A DNA stretch of 61,437 bases, counting the filler. It is 4 parts of 4 records of this genome, joined end to end, with 100 filler letters (N's around TTAATTAATTAA, not from the genome) between each part and the next. Parts side by side here need not be neighbours in the genome. Positions count along the whole stretch, not along the records: positions 22,302 to 49,848 come from SRR20825010_1420; 3 more parts are not named here. One strand, 5' to 3'. The notes beneath the pieces were generated by a model. That model was given only the letters and a program-made list of their open reading frames with translations, made no database searches and was not told the origin of the DNA. Shown here in pieces: positions 38,681-48,338 of the stretch (position 1 is its first letter; the number at the start of each line of letters is the position of its first letter). The translations under genes were made by a program, and so were the position numbers.

Positions 38681-41095
38681 GTGAATACGACGAAGAGCTT
38701 CATAATTAATAAAAAGTACGATGCACTAATTGTGAGAACCGTCGTGCAGCGCTATTGGTGGTGGCCAGTTTCGTTTATCTTACTTTTTGCTTTTGTCGCT
38801 TTCATTTACTTGCGGTATACAAAGCCTTCCTACGAGTCTTCTCTTATTATGCAATTAGGCAACAGAGATAACGCTAAGGATGTATTGGATATTGAAAATA
38901 TCAACTCTCGCGATAATGAGCTTTCTGGTGTGGTTGAATTACTTAAATCTGAACTCCTCTTCGATTATGCATTAAAAAGATTGAGTCTGAATGTGAGTAT
39001 TTTCTCGCGCGGACAAATTCTAACAGAAGAACGTTATCAATCAGGAAGCTTTAATGTGCAACCATATAGCCTAAAAGATTCTACGCTTATCAATCAAGAA
39101 ATTTCTGTTTCCATTGAAGGCGATCAACTCGTATTAGGTTACTTTAAAAAAGGGAAACGAAAATTCATAAAAGGAAACTTTAATGATCATTTCGAAAATG
39201 AAGATTTCGACGTCGTTCTGAAAGTAGCGAACCCCGAAGAATTTAGGTTAGCCGAAAAAGAAAATGACCTCTATTTTGTCTTCAATGACTATTCAATTTT
39301 GGCGGAACGAATGATCCATGGCCTCGAAGTAAGAGGGCTTGATGCCGACGCGAAAACGATAAGCGTCTCATTTAGAGCGCACAATGCTCAATTAAGTCAT
39401 GATGTCGCAGATGCAGTTGCGAAAGCATTTATTAAGTTCGATGAGGATCAAAAAAGGCAAAGCTCTGAAAACGTAATCAACTTTATTGATGCTCAGTTGG
39501 ATTCTCTGTCTCGTGAACTGAAATCGTCTAAAGACAGCTTAATGGTGTTTCAACGGAGGTCAAACCTCTCCGACCCGGAAACATTCGGAACATCCATCAC
39601 TGATCAAATTGCACGATTGGAAGATGAGCTTTTCATGATCGAAGAAGAATTGAATTCGCTGTTGACAGTAGAGCGAAAACTAAGCTCAAACCCGAACAGA
39701 TTGGATGTCTATCGAATTCTGCCAGAAATGCTAGGGAAGAGCTATGAAGATGCTTTAATTAGACATATTCAGGAGTTACATAGTCTCATGGAAAGGAAAG
39801 ATGATTTGCTTTTTGAGGTAACAAATGACAACTCTGAAGTAAAACTCATCAACCAAAAAATACAATCTAAAACCTCCATGATTCAAAGGAGTGTTTCGGC
39901 GATTGATGCTCGATTGACGCGGAATGCGCAAACGATGAAAGAGAAAATAAGAGGACTAGAAGGGCAAGTATTCGAATTTCCAGAGAAGAGATTAGAATTC
40001 AGCAGATTGAAGAATATTCAAGATTTGAATGAAAAATACTTCACCTTACTTACGGAGAAAAAAGTACTCTACGAAATTTCAGATGCGGGTTACTCGTCTT
40101 CAAATAGAATTCTGAAACAAGCGAAAGTGGATTATGTTCCAGTTGCTCCAAATCAACGATTGATTTATGTTTCGTTCACGATGTTTGGACTCATTCTTGG
40201 TTTTGGCGTGCTTTTATTGAAGTATGTTCGCTTTAATGAAATCAATATGATGGAGGACTTGCAAAGCATTCTTCCTGAACAGGCTTCGATTCTTGGTGGA
40301 GTTCCAATGTTTAAATACTCAATGGAATATTCGCAACTTATCGTGAATGAAGCTCCAAAGTCTATCATGGCGGAAGCAATGAGGAAAATTCGTACGAACT
40401 TAAGCTATATCAAACCAGATTACCAAACAATTGCGATTTCTTCATCAATTTCTGGAGAAGGGAAAACGTTTGTAGCGCTTAATCTCGGAGGAATCATCGC
40501 TATGTCGGGTAAAACAACGGTGTTGCTCGATCTTGATCTTCGTAAACCAAAAGTACACTTAGGATTGGATTCTGAGAACGGACTTGGGATGAGTTCACTC
40601 ATCGTTGGGCAGGCGAGTGTTGACGAATGTATCAAGCATTCAAAAATCAAAGGACTCGATTTCATTACTGCAGGTCCAATTCCTCCAAATCCATCTGAAT
40701 TATTACTAAGTGATCGATTTAAGGAAATAGTAGCAGAATTGAAAGAACGCTACGATGTAGTGATTATCGATAATCCACCTATTGGGCTTGTATCGGACGG
40801 AATTCGAAATTTAACCGATGCGGATATTCCAATTTATGTGTTTAAATCACATTATTCAAAACGAAATTTCGCGCAGCGCGTGCGTGAACTCTTTGAAATG
40901 CAACAGTTGAAATCGCTGAATGTTATTCTAAACGGAATTAGCACCTCACGGAGATCAGGTTATGGCTACGGTTATGGCTATGGTTACGGCTATGGTTACG
41001 GTTCTGGAGAAGGATATGTGGATGATGAGCTAGTGAAATTCAAAGAGGTGGCGAAGAGTAAAAAATGGTATAATAGAATTTTTAGAAAGAAATGA
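38681..41095 (+). CDS. wzc: Polysaccharide co-polymerase / BY-kinase
   Basis: Two TMs, periplasmic coiled coil, Walker A SGEGKT, DLDLRKP, IIDNPP, C-terminal (GY)7 Tyr cluster. Confidence 0.94.
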   Translation: MNTTKSFIINKKYDALIVRTVVQRYWWWPVSFILLFAFVAFIYLRYTKPSYESSLIMQLGNRDNAKDVLDIENINSRDNELSGVVELLKSELLFDYALKRLSLNVSIFSRGQILTEERYQSGSFNVQPYSLKDSTLINQEISVSIEGDQLVLGYFKKGKRKFIKGNFNDHFENEDFDVVLKVANPEEFRLAEKENDLYFVFNDYSILAERMIHGLEVRGLDADAKTISVSFRAHNAQLSHDVADAVAKAFIKFDEDQKRQSSENVINFIDAQLDSLSRELKSSKDSLMVFQRRSNLSDPETFGTSITDQIARLEDELFMIEEELNSLLTVERKLSSNPNRLDVYRILPEMLGKSYEDALIRHIQELHSLMERKDDLLFEVTNDNSEVKLINQKIQSKTSMIQRSVSAIDARLTRNAQTMKEKIRGLEGQVFEFPEKRLEFSRLKNIQDLNEKYFTLLTEKKVLYEISDAGYSSSNRILKQAKVDYVPVAPNQRLIYVSFTMFGLILGFGVLLLKYVRFNEINMMEDLQSILPEQASILGGVPMFKYSMEYSQLIVNEAPKSIMAEAMRKIRTNLSYIKPDYQTIAISSSISGEGKTFVALNLGGIIAMSGKTTVLLDLDLRKPKVHLGLDSENGLGMSSLIVGQASVDECIKHSKIKGLDFITAGPIPPNPSELLLSDRFKEIVAELKERYDVVIIDNPPIGLVSDGIRNLTDADIPIYVFKSHYSKRNFAQRVRELFEMQQLKSLNVILNGISTSRRSGYGYGYGYGYGYGYGSGEGYVDDELVKFKEVAKSKKWYNRIFRKK
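40958..40999 (+). repeat. (GGY-TAY)x7 coding repeat that encodes the Wzc tyrosine cluster
   Basis: ggt tat ggc tac ggt tat ggc tat ggt tac ggc tat ggt tac. Confidence 0.9.
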
Positions 41096-41637
41096 AGTGT
41101 GAATTGACTGAATTAGAAGGAGTACTCATCTTGGAACCAAGAGTTTTTGGTGACGAACGAGGATCTTTTTTTGAGAGTTTTAATCAAGAACAGTTTGATA
41201 AATTGGTAGGAGGGACAACAACTTTTGTTCAGGACAATCAATCGATTTCTCAAAAAGGAGTGTTGCGAGGACTTCATTTTCAGAACCCTCCATTTGCTCA
41301 AGGTAAATTAGTACGTGTGGTAAAAGGTGCCGTGATTGATGTTGCGGTAGACATCCGAAAGGAATCGCCAACATACGGAAAACACGTGGCAGTTGAGCTT
41401 AGTGAGAATAATTTTAGACAGTTATGGATTCCTGCAGGATTTGCTCACGGATTCGTAGCATTGGAAGACGACACGATCTTTGCGTATAAATGCACAAATA
41501 ATTACGCTCCGCAAAGCGAAGGGTGCATCAAGTGGGATGATAAGACATTGAATATTAAATGGGGAATTGACGCTCCTATTGTTTCAGAAAAGGATCAAGA
41601 GGGAAATGATTTTCATACATTTGCATCAGCCTTTTAA
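41092..41637 (+). CDS. rfbC: dTDP-4-dehydrorhamnose 3,5-epimerase
   Basis: DERGSFFE, GVLRGLHFQ, GFAHGF. Confidence 0.96.
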   Translation: MKCELTELEGVLILEPRVFGDERGSFFESFNQEQFDKLVGGTTTFVQDNQSISQKGVLRGLHFQNPPFAQGKLVRVVKGAVIDVAVDIRKESPTYGKHVAVELSENNFRQLWIPAGFAHGFVALEDDTIFAYKCTNNYAPQSEGCIKWDDKTLNIKWGIDAPIVSEKDQEGNDFHTFASAF

Positions 41638-41646
41638 ACTTTTTAA

Positions 41647-42717
41647 GTGTCACTGAAACTTTTACAACTTTTATGTTTTGGACTCGGAGGAGTACTTGTG
41701 GCTATTGTCACGAATGTACTGCTGTTGCATTTTGCACGTTCTCTGGGAATCCGAAACAAAAATGATATTGTCGTTCGCTGGAGTAGTGAATCAAAACCAT
41801 CTTTAGGAGGTGTAAGTTTCTTTGTGGTGTTTATTTTCGCTTCTATTGCCTATTCTATCGTGTTTGATGAGGTGAATATTTTTCAAAATAAGAAATACGT
41901 AGGATTACTTTTGGCAGGTTCTATTTCATTCGTAATGGGATTAGCCGATGATGCCTACAACACTAAGCCATTGATGAAATTGTTTATTCAAATAGCCTGT
42001 GGCGTGCTATTCGTGTGGACGGGTTCGTATATTCAGGTCTTTGATAGCTTTGCGCTGAACGCAATCTTAACGGTCATGTGGGTTGTAATTGTAATGAATT
42101 CCTTGAATATGCTCGATAATATGGATGGAATTACGGGAACAACCGTATTTTTTATTCTAGCATCTTGCCTCTTTGCAGGCTGGATTATTTTTGATTTGAA
42201 TACGAATATTTGGACCCTGTTACTTATCTCCGTTATTGGAGCAATTCTCGGGTTTTTAACGATGAATGTTCACCCCTCGAAATTATTCATGGGAGACGCA
42301 GGATCTCAATTTATTGGTTGTTTTGTCGGTTATTTTGGAATTGAGTATTTGTGGAATTCAGGCGTACACATGAAGCAATCTCCTTGGCTCGGTGTATTCG
42401 TTGCCTTAGTGGCATTCACCCCAGCGGCAGTAGATACACTCACGGTTGTCATAAACAGGCTTCGAAGAGGTCAATCTCCAATGGTTGGAGGTAAAGATCA
42501 TACAACACACCATCTTGTATATGCAGGTCTCACAGACCGAAAAGTATGGTATGTATTTGTGATAATTGGGTTGTTTGCAACAATCTTGTCCGTTTTCATG
42601 ATAAATCTAATGAAGCTAAATGTAGTTGCGCCTATTGCCTTTTTTATACTTTATACCGCCTTTGTATTCGTACTTCTGTACAGAAATACACTAAAGTATC
42701 CAGCTCCTAGAAAGTAG
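41647..42717 (+). CDS. MraY/WecA-family polyprenyl-phosphate HexNAc-1-P transferase
   Basis: GLADD, NSLNMLDNMDG, FMGDAGS, DHTTHHL; multi-TM. Confidence 0.9.
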   Translation: MSLKLLQLLCFGLGGVLVAIVTNVLLLHFARSLGIRNKNDIVVRWSSESKPSLGGVSFFVVFIFASIAYSIVFDEVNIFQNKKYVGLLLAGSISFVMGLADDAYNTKPLMKLFIQIACGVLFVWTGSYIQVFDSFALNAILTVMWVVIVMNSLNMLDNMDGITGTTVFFILASCLFAGWIIFDLNTNIWTLLLISVIGAILGFLTMNVHPSKLFMGDAGSQFIGCFVGYFGIEYLWNSGVHMKQSPWLGVFVALVAFTPAAVDTLTVVINRLRRGQSPMVGGKDHTTHHLVYAGLTDRKVWYVFVIIGLFATILSVFMINLMKLNVVAPIAFFILYTAFVFVLLYRNTLKYPAPRK

Positions 42718-42747
42718 AAGTTCATAAGAGTTTCTTAACTTCGTGTA

Positions 42748-43653
42748 ATGATCAAAATCTTCTCAAAAAGCATTCTTCTCGCTGTGTTGATTTTTAGCTC
42801 TGTTGCTTGCAATTCCCCAAGTAATCAGGCTGATAAGAAAGTGGAATCAAGTACCCCAGTTTTAGGTAATACAGGACATGTCATTCCTCCAATTCCAGAG
42901 AAAATGGCGTATTGTGGAATGGAAATTCCGCTAGATAACTTCGACATTCGGGAGCGACTTGATCGTGAATTGATAATTAACGCTCACTTTCATAGCTCAA
43001 CGATTCAAATTCTTAAAAAAGCAGGGAGATTCTTCCCAGAAATTGAACGAATTCTAAAAGAAGAAAATGTTCCAGATGATCTTAAATATCTCTGCGTAAT
43101 CGAGAGTGCATTGGCACAAGCAACCAGTCCAACAGGCGCAAAGGGATTTTGGCAATTCATGCCGCAAACAGGAAAGGAATTTGGATTGGAAATTACAAAT
43201 GAGGTTGATGAACGATTGGACGTCGAAAAAAGTACTAGAGCAGCGTGCAATTACCTAAAACGATCCCAAGGCAATTTCAATAATTGGATTTTAACTTCGG
43301 CTTCGTATAATTGCGGTGTAGGCGGGCTCTCTTCGGTAATGGAACAGCAAGGTCAATCTGATTTCTTTAGTTTATACCTTAATAGTGAAACATCGCGCTA
43401 CATTTTTAGAATTCTCGCACTGAAAATTATAATGGAAAATCCAGCGTCGGTTGGCTTTGATTTAAGCAGCGAAGAAGTGTATCAACCAGTGCCAGTTAAA
43501 GAATTAAAAGTAACAGAATCGATTAAGAGCCTTTCTGCTTGGGCAAATGAAAACGGATCGAATCTTCAAATGCTAAAAGTGTTGAATCCCTGGTTAGTCG
43601 GGAATTCACTCACGATAAAGAACAAAACATTCACACTAAAAATACCTCAATAA
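42748..43653 (+). CDS. Lytic transglycosylase (SLT/MltD-like) lipoprotein
   Basis: IES catalytic Glu, GAKGFWQFM, ASYNCG, ETSRY. Confidence 0.92.
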   Translation: MIKIFSKSILLAVLIFSSVACNSPSNQADKKVESSTPVLGNTGHVIPPIPEKMAYCGMEIPLDNFDIRERLDRELIINAHFHSSTIQILKKAGRFFPEIERILKEENVPDDLKYLCVIESALAQATSPTGAKGFWQFMPQTGKEFGLEITNEVDERLDVEKSTRAACNYLKRSQGNFNNWILTSASYNCGVGGLSSVMEQQGQSDFFSLYLNSETSRYIFRILALKIIMENPASVGFDLSSEEVYQPVPVKELKVTESIKSLSAWANENGSNLQMLKVLNPWLVGNSLTIKNKTFTLKIPQ

Positions 43654-43654
43654 A

Positions 43655-46459
43655 TTGGCGAAAGAATTAGATCAAATTGAAGTTTACGGTGCACGCGAGC
43701 ACAATCTGAAGAATGTTGACTTAATTATTCCTCGAAATAAACTGGTTGTATTCACTGGATTGAGTGGATCAGGGAAGTCCTCACTCGCTTTTGACACGAT
43801 TTTCGCCGAAGGACAACGAAGGTATATTGAAACGTTTTCTTCCTATGCTCGACAGTTTTTGGGTGGATTGGAACGACCAGATGTAGATAAAATAGAAGGA
43901 TTAAGTCCCGTAATTTCGATTGAACAAAAAACCGTTTCAAGATCGCCACGTTCTACCGTTGGAACAATTACGGAAATCTATGATTTTCTTCGACTTCTTT
44001 TTGCGCGAGCAGGAACGGCGTACTCGTACGAAACAGGGGAGGAAATGGTCAAATATTCGGATGAGCAGATCGTTGACCTCATTCTTGAAAAATATAAGGA
44101 CAAAAAAGTAATCGTTCTCGCGCCAAAAATTAAAGGACGAAAAGGTCATTACCGCGAATTATTTGAGCAAATCCAGAAAATGGGTTTTACGAAAGTTCGA
44201 GTAGACGGTGAACTCCAAGACATTGTTAAAGGAATGAAGCTGGATCGCTATAAAATTCACGACATTGATATGGTGATCGACCGTTTGGTGGTGAGCGAAA
44301 AAGATAGACAGCGCATTTACGACTCGGTGACAACCGGAATGAAACATGGAGGGAAAACCATTATGATTATGGATTTCGACTCCGGTGAAGTCCGTCATTT
44401 TAGCCGATTATTGATGTGCCCAACGTCAGGAATCAGTTATCCAGAACCAGAGCCAAGTTTGTTTTCATTTAACTCTCCGTACGGTGCGTGTAAAACATGC
44501 AGCGGATTAGGAGAAGTTTCCGAAGTGGACTTGGATAAAATAATTCCAGATCCATCAAAATCAATTAAGAAAGGTGGATTAGCGCCGCTTGGAGATTACA
44601 AGCGAACGTGGATTTTTGAGAGATTGGAATCGTTACTCACGCAGGAAGGTTATAAAATCGACACACCGATTCAAGATATCGACGAAGAAGTAATGAATGT
44701 TGTTCTTCACGGAAATGAAGGAATGGAACGTTCGAGAAAAAGCAATGCCATCGTTTTTGAAGGTGTGATTAGTTTCATTTCCCGCCATTCGGAAGAAAGT
44801 TCTGCGGCAATTCAGCGATGGGCGCAAAGCTTTATGAATAAAGACGTTTGTCCAACGTGTGAAGGCACTCGAATCAAGAAAGAAGCTCATTTCTTTAAAA
44901 TTGGCGGAAAAAATATTGGTGAATTATCCCAAATGGATATTTCTGATGTAAGCGAATGGTTTAAGACGGTGAATGATCACTTGTCGAAGAACAATAAGAT
45001 GATCGCAGAAGAAATTCTGAAGGAGATCAACGCGCGATTGGGATTTATCGTTGAAGTTGGGTTGACATATCTAACTCTACATCGCTCCGCAAAAACACTT
45101 TCGGGAGGAGAAGCACAACGGATTCGTTTAGCAACCCAGATCGGAAGTGAACTCATGAACGTTCTCTATGTATTGGATGAACCTTCTATTGGTTTGCATC
45201 AACGAGATAATTCTCGATTAATTCGATCTCTTCAACGATTGCGCGATACAGGAAATTCGGTGATTGTTGTAGAGCACGACAAAGAAATGATCGAAGCGGC
45301 TGATTTTGTCGTAGATATCGGTCCTGGCGCAGGGGTAAATGGAGGAAGAATTGTGAATGCTGGTCCTATTGACCAACTTAATCAAAATGAATCACTCACG
45401 ACCCAGTATTTGCAAGGCTTGCGGAAAATTGAAATTCCAGAGAAACGCAGAAAAGGAAACGGAAAGAAACTAGTTTTAAAAGGCGCGACAGGAAGAAATT
45501 TACAGAATGTTGATCTAGAGATTCCGCTAGGAACGATGGTTTGCATTACGGGAGTTTCAGGAAGTGGAAAGTCATCGCTGATAAATCAAACGCTCTATCC
45601 GATTTTATTGAGGGAAATTTACCGTGGAGTGAAGAAACCGCTTCCGTATAAATCAATCAAGGGAATTGAACATTTGGATAAAGTGATTGAAATCGATCAA
45701 AGTCCAATCGGAAGGACTCCGCGATCAAATCCTGCAACGTATACAAAGCTCTTTGATGAAATTCGGTCGCTTTTTGCAAGTTTACCCGAAGCTCAAATTC
45801 GTGGTTACAAAGCGGGAAGATTCTCTTTCAACGTAACTGGCGGTCGCTGTGAAACCTGCAAGGGCGGTGGAATGAAGGTCATTGAGATGAACTTTTTACC
45901 CGATGTTCTCGTGGAATGCGAAACGTGTAACGGTAAACGCTACAATAGAGAAACACTGGAGGTTCGTTTCAAAGGAAAATCAATTAGTGATGTGCTAGAA
46001 ATGACGATTTCGAACGCGACTGGCTTCTTTCAGAGTATTCCGAAAATCAGTAGAATTTTATCGACATTGGAATCGGTTGGGTTGGGATATGTGACGCTTG
46101 GTCAACCTTCAACAACGCTGTCTGGTGGTGAAGCACAGCGGATTAAATTATCGTCTGAACTAGCCAAGAAAAGCACTGGAAGCACGATGTACATTTTGGA
46201 CGAACCATCTACTGGACTTCATTTTGAGGACATTAAAATGCTTCTTGCGGTCTTACAGCGATTAGTGGACGAAGGAAATACCGTTTTGGTGATCGAACAC
46301 AATTTGGACATCGTCAAAGTGGCGGATCACATTGTGGACATCGGTCCTGAAGGAGGAAAAGGAGGTGGATTTATCATTGCTGAAGGAACACCTGAACAAG
46401 TGGTAAAGAAGGCGTTGAAAACGTCTCATACGGCACATTATTTAGCGATGGAATTATAG
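43655..46459 (+). CDS. uvrA: Excinuclease ABC subunit A
   Basis: Two ABC domains ([27 protein letters not shown] twice) and Zn-finger CxxC pairs. Confidence 0.98.
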   Translation: MAKELDQIEVYGAREHNLKNVDLIIPRNKLVVFTGLSGSGKSSLAFDTIFAEGQRRYIETFSSYARQFLGGLERPDVDKIEGLSPVISIEQKTVSRSPRSTVGTITEIYDFLRLLFARAGTAYSYETGEEMVKYSDEQIVDLILEKYKDKKVIVLAPKIKGRKGHYRELFEQIQKMGFTKVRVDGELQDIVKGMKLDRYKIHDIDMVIDRLVVSEKDRQRIYDSVTTGMKHGGKTIMIMDFDSGEVRHFSRLLMCPTSGISYPEPEPSLFSFNSPYGACKTCSGLGEVSEVDLDKIIPDPSKSIKKGGLAPLGDYKRTWIFERLESLLTQEGYKIDTPIQDIDEEVMNVVLHGNEGMERSRKSNAIVFEGVISFISRHSEESSAAIQRWAQSFMNKDVCPTCEGTRIKKEAHFFKIGGKNIGELSQMDISDVSEWFKTVNDHLSKNNKMIAEEILKEINARLGFIVEVGLTYLTLHRSAKTLSGGEAQRIRLATQIGSELMNVLYVLDEPSIGLHQRDNSRLIRSLQRLRDTGNSVIVVEHDKEMIEAADFVVDIGPGAGVNGGRIVNAGPIDQLNQNESLTTQYLQGLRKIEIPEKRRKGNGKKLVLKGATGRNLQNVDLEIPLGTMVCITGVSGSGKSSLINQTLYPILLREIYRGVKKPLPYKSIKGIEHLDKVIEIDQSPIGRTPRSNPATYTKLFDEIRSLFASLPEAQIRGYKAGRFSFNVTGGRCETCKGGGMKVIEMNFLPDVLVECETCNGKRYNRETLEVRFKGKSISDVLEMTISNATGFFQSIPKISRILSTLESVGLGYVTLGQPSTTLSGGEAQRIKLSSELAKKSTGSTMYILDEPSTGLHFEDIKMLLAVLQRLVDEGNTVLVIEHNLDIVKVADHIVDIGPEGGKGGGFIIAEGTPEQVVKKALKTSHTAHYLAMEL

Positions 46460-46460
46460 G

Positions 46461-46542
46461 GTATTATTCTTCCAAACCTTCAAGTGCACCTCTAATCGAT
46501 TCATTGAAGAAAAAGAAGTGCTCTTGAAGTATGGAGGGTTAC
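46461..46542. repeat. Long imperfect inverted repeat between convergent genes
   Basis: CTTCAAGTGCACCTCT pairs with AGAAGTGCTCTTGAAG (2 mismatches), with weaker outward extension. Confidence 0.6.
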
Positions 46543-46559
46543 TAATTCATTGAACTGTC

Positions 46560-46886
46560 CTAATTTCGTTGAGGTGGTTTTTGTCCACCAGGACCACCTT
46601 TTGGCTTAGGAGCATTTTTAAATTCTTCTCGCGTGATAAAACCATCACTGTTCGTATCTATTTTATCAAAATCATTCAGAAGCGGTCCTGAAACTTCTGA
46701 TTTAGATAATTTTCCATCATTGTTGGTGTCCATTTTAAATACTTCATCAATACTTGGCGGTCCACCAGGTCCTTGTTCGACTTGCGCATTGTTTTTCTCA
46801 AAATCAGACTCTACTTTAGAGCTTGCACAAGCAGTTAGAAGTATAAAAGCACTGAATGCTAACGTTATTTTTTTCATGTCCTTCAA
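46560..46886 (-). CDS. Small EF-hand lipoprotein (start may be MKKIT at 46877)
   Basis: Lipobox LTAC; EF loops DTNNDGKLSKSE and DTNSDGFITREE; Gly/Pro-rich flanks. Confidence 0.85.
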   Translation of the reverse strand: MKDMKKITLAFSAFILLTACASSKVESDFEKNNAQVEQGPGGPPSIDEVFKMDTNNDGKLSKSEVSGPLLNDFDKIDTNSDGFITREEFKNAPKPKGGPGGQKPPQRN

Positions 46887-46967
46887 TTTAAAGCTACAAT
46901 TTTATTAGACTTTAAATTCATCGAAAACCTTCGCGGAAACTCTAAATAATGACAGTTTCGCAGATAA

Positions 46968-48167
46968 TCAATGCTTGAAATCCTTTTTTCGAATAATGTA
47001 TTTGCGGTACATGGCTTTTTCACGAATCTTGAAGAAGAGTATTTTCTTGGCAACATCATTCGTTTTACATTTTCCAAATGCCTCTCTTTTTTCCAAGCTC
47101 AGATTTGCATTTACAAAAGGCATTCGCAGCGTATCACCAGAGTTATTGAGTGCTACCGCAGAAATCAATGGCTCCGAGCAAGGACAAGAGAGTCTGAAAA
47201 CTGCCTTATGTTTGGTTACTTTATATGGGAGGTAAACGCCAGCAGGTTTGTCAAAGGAGATTTTCGCATTAACTAAATCAACGCCTTTTGCTTTGATTTT
47301 AACTTTAGGAGGTTTAATAGGCTTTACGTCGAAATTAATTTTTCCGCTTTTGCAGACTTCGGTTTCGTAATATTTTCTTCCGCCAAGCTCAACAATTTTT
47401 AATTCTGAGGTTTTAATTTCATCCCATCTTCCATCGGGTGTTACTCCCCATACGCTGTAGTTCAATATTTCACCACACGTTTCTCTAACTGGAATTCGAA
47501 CTTTTGCGCATACTCCAGAGCACAAGTTAATGTCAAACATTCCACCAGAAATAAGTGGTTGATTATTTGACGTCATAGTTGTTAGGTTAGACGCGCGAAT
47601 TGCAGAACCCTCGTTGTATTCGGACAATGAAAAGCAATCTTCATTCTTGAGATAATCACAAACATTCATAGTTATGTGGGTTCCTTGCGGAAAAATGAGC
47701 GTGGTATCATAAGAACAATCCTGTATAACACTCTTTTCTACGTCTGGCCGAGGTTCAATTTCGGGTTCCTTTTTTACAGAGAGAACAATATCAACACGAC
47801 GATTGTTTTGCTTTCCTGATATACTCGTGTTAACATCAGCAGGTTGATCTTCTCCGTAAAATTTCGCGGATACTTTTTTTGTGGTAACGTTCAACCCAGA
47901 AAGTTGTTCTTTCACGGTTTCTACTCTCCGTTTGGATAAATCTAAGTTATATTCAGAACTCGCATCGCTATCTGTGTGACCACTTAATTCGATTGACTCT
48001 ATGACTCCGTCTCCAATTTTGGAAATGAAGGCATCTAGCTTTTTTTGTTCCGCTGGACTAATCACATGCTTGTCTGTATCGAAAAAGACAGTATGCGTAG
48101 CTGCGGTTTGAGCATTGGAATTTGAATAAAGGAGGAGAAAAAAGAAAAGTCTAGTGATCGTTTTCAT
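46968..48167 (-). CDS. OmpA-family peptidoglycan-binding protein with an unknown Cys-rich C-terminal region
   Basis: GHTDSD...YNLDLSKRR...NRRVDI located at the N-terminus. Confidence 0.85.
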   Translation of the reverse strand: MKTITRLFFFLLLYSNSNAQTAATHTVFFDTDKHVISPAEQKKLDAFISKIGDGVIESIELSGHTDSDASSEYNLDLSKRRVETVKEQLSGLNVTTKKVSAKFYGEDQPADVNTSISGKQNNRRVDIVLSVKKEPEIEPRPDVEKSVIQDCSYDTTLIFPQGTHITMNVCDYLKNEDCFSLSEYNEGSAIRASNLTTMTSNNQPLISGGMFDINLCSGVCAKVRIPVRETCGEILNYSVWGVTPDGRWDEIKTSELKIVELGGRKYYETEVCKSGKINFDVKPIKPPKVKIKAKGVDLVNAKISFDKPAGVYLPYKVTKHKAVFRLSCPCSEPLISAVALNNSGDTLRMPFVNANLSLEKREAFGKCKTNDVAKKILFFKIREKAMYRKYIIRKKDFKH

Positions 48168-48338
48168 TAAATAGTTTTAGAGTAGTAAAACGGCTCGCCG
48201 CGAAAGATATTGGAAATTAGCTGAATGAATGAAAATTCAGGCGTTTTTCGGTAGAATTTAAAGGTTTTGAAGGGAAATTGAATCAAATTGAACGTTTTTG
48301 AACTTGTTCTGTACCTAAGCGTATAAAAATTGATCCAC

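Noticed and set aside
40958-40999. (GY)7 repeat as a phase-variable tract
   Set aside because: It is the normal BY-kinase tyrosine cluster, in frame and with mixed synonymous codons.
21-46459. uvrC and uvrA in the same window as a repair cluster
   Set aside because: They are on different contigs separated by a linker.
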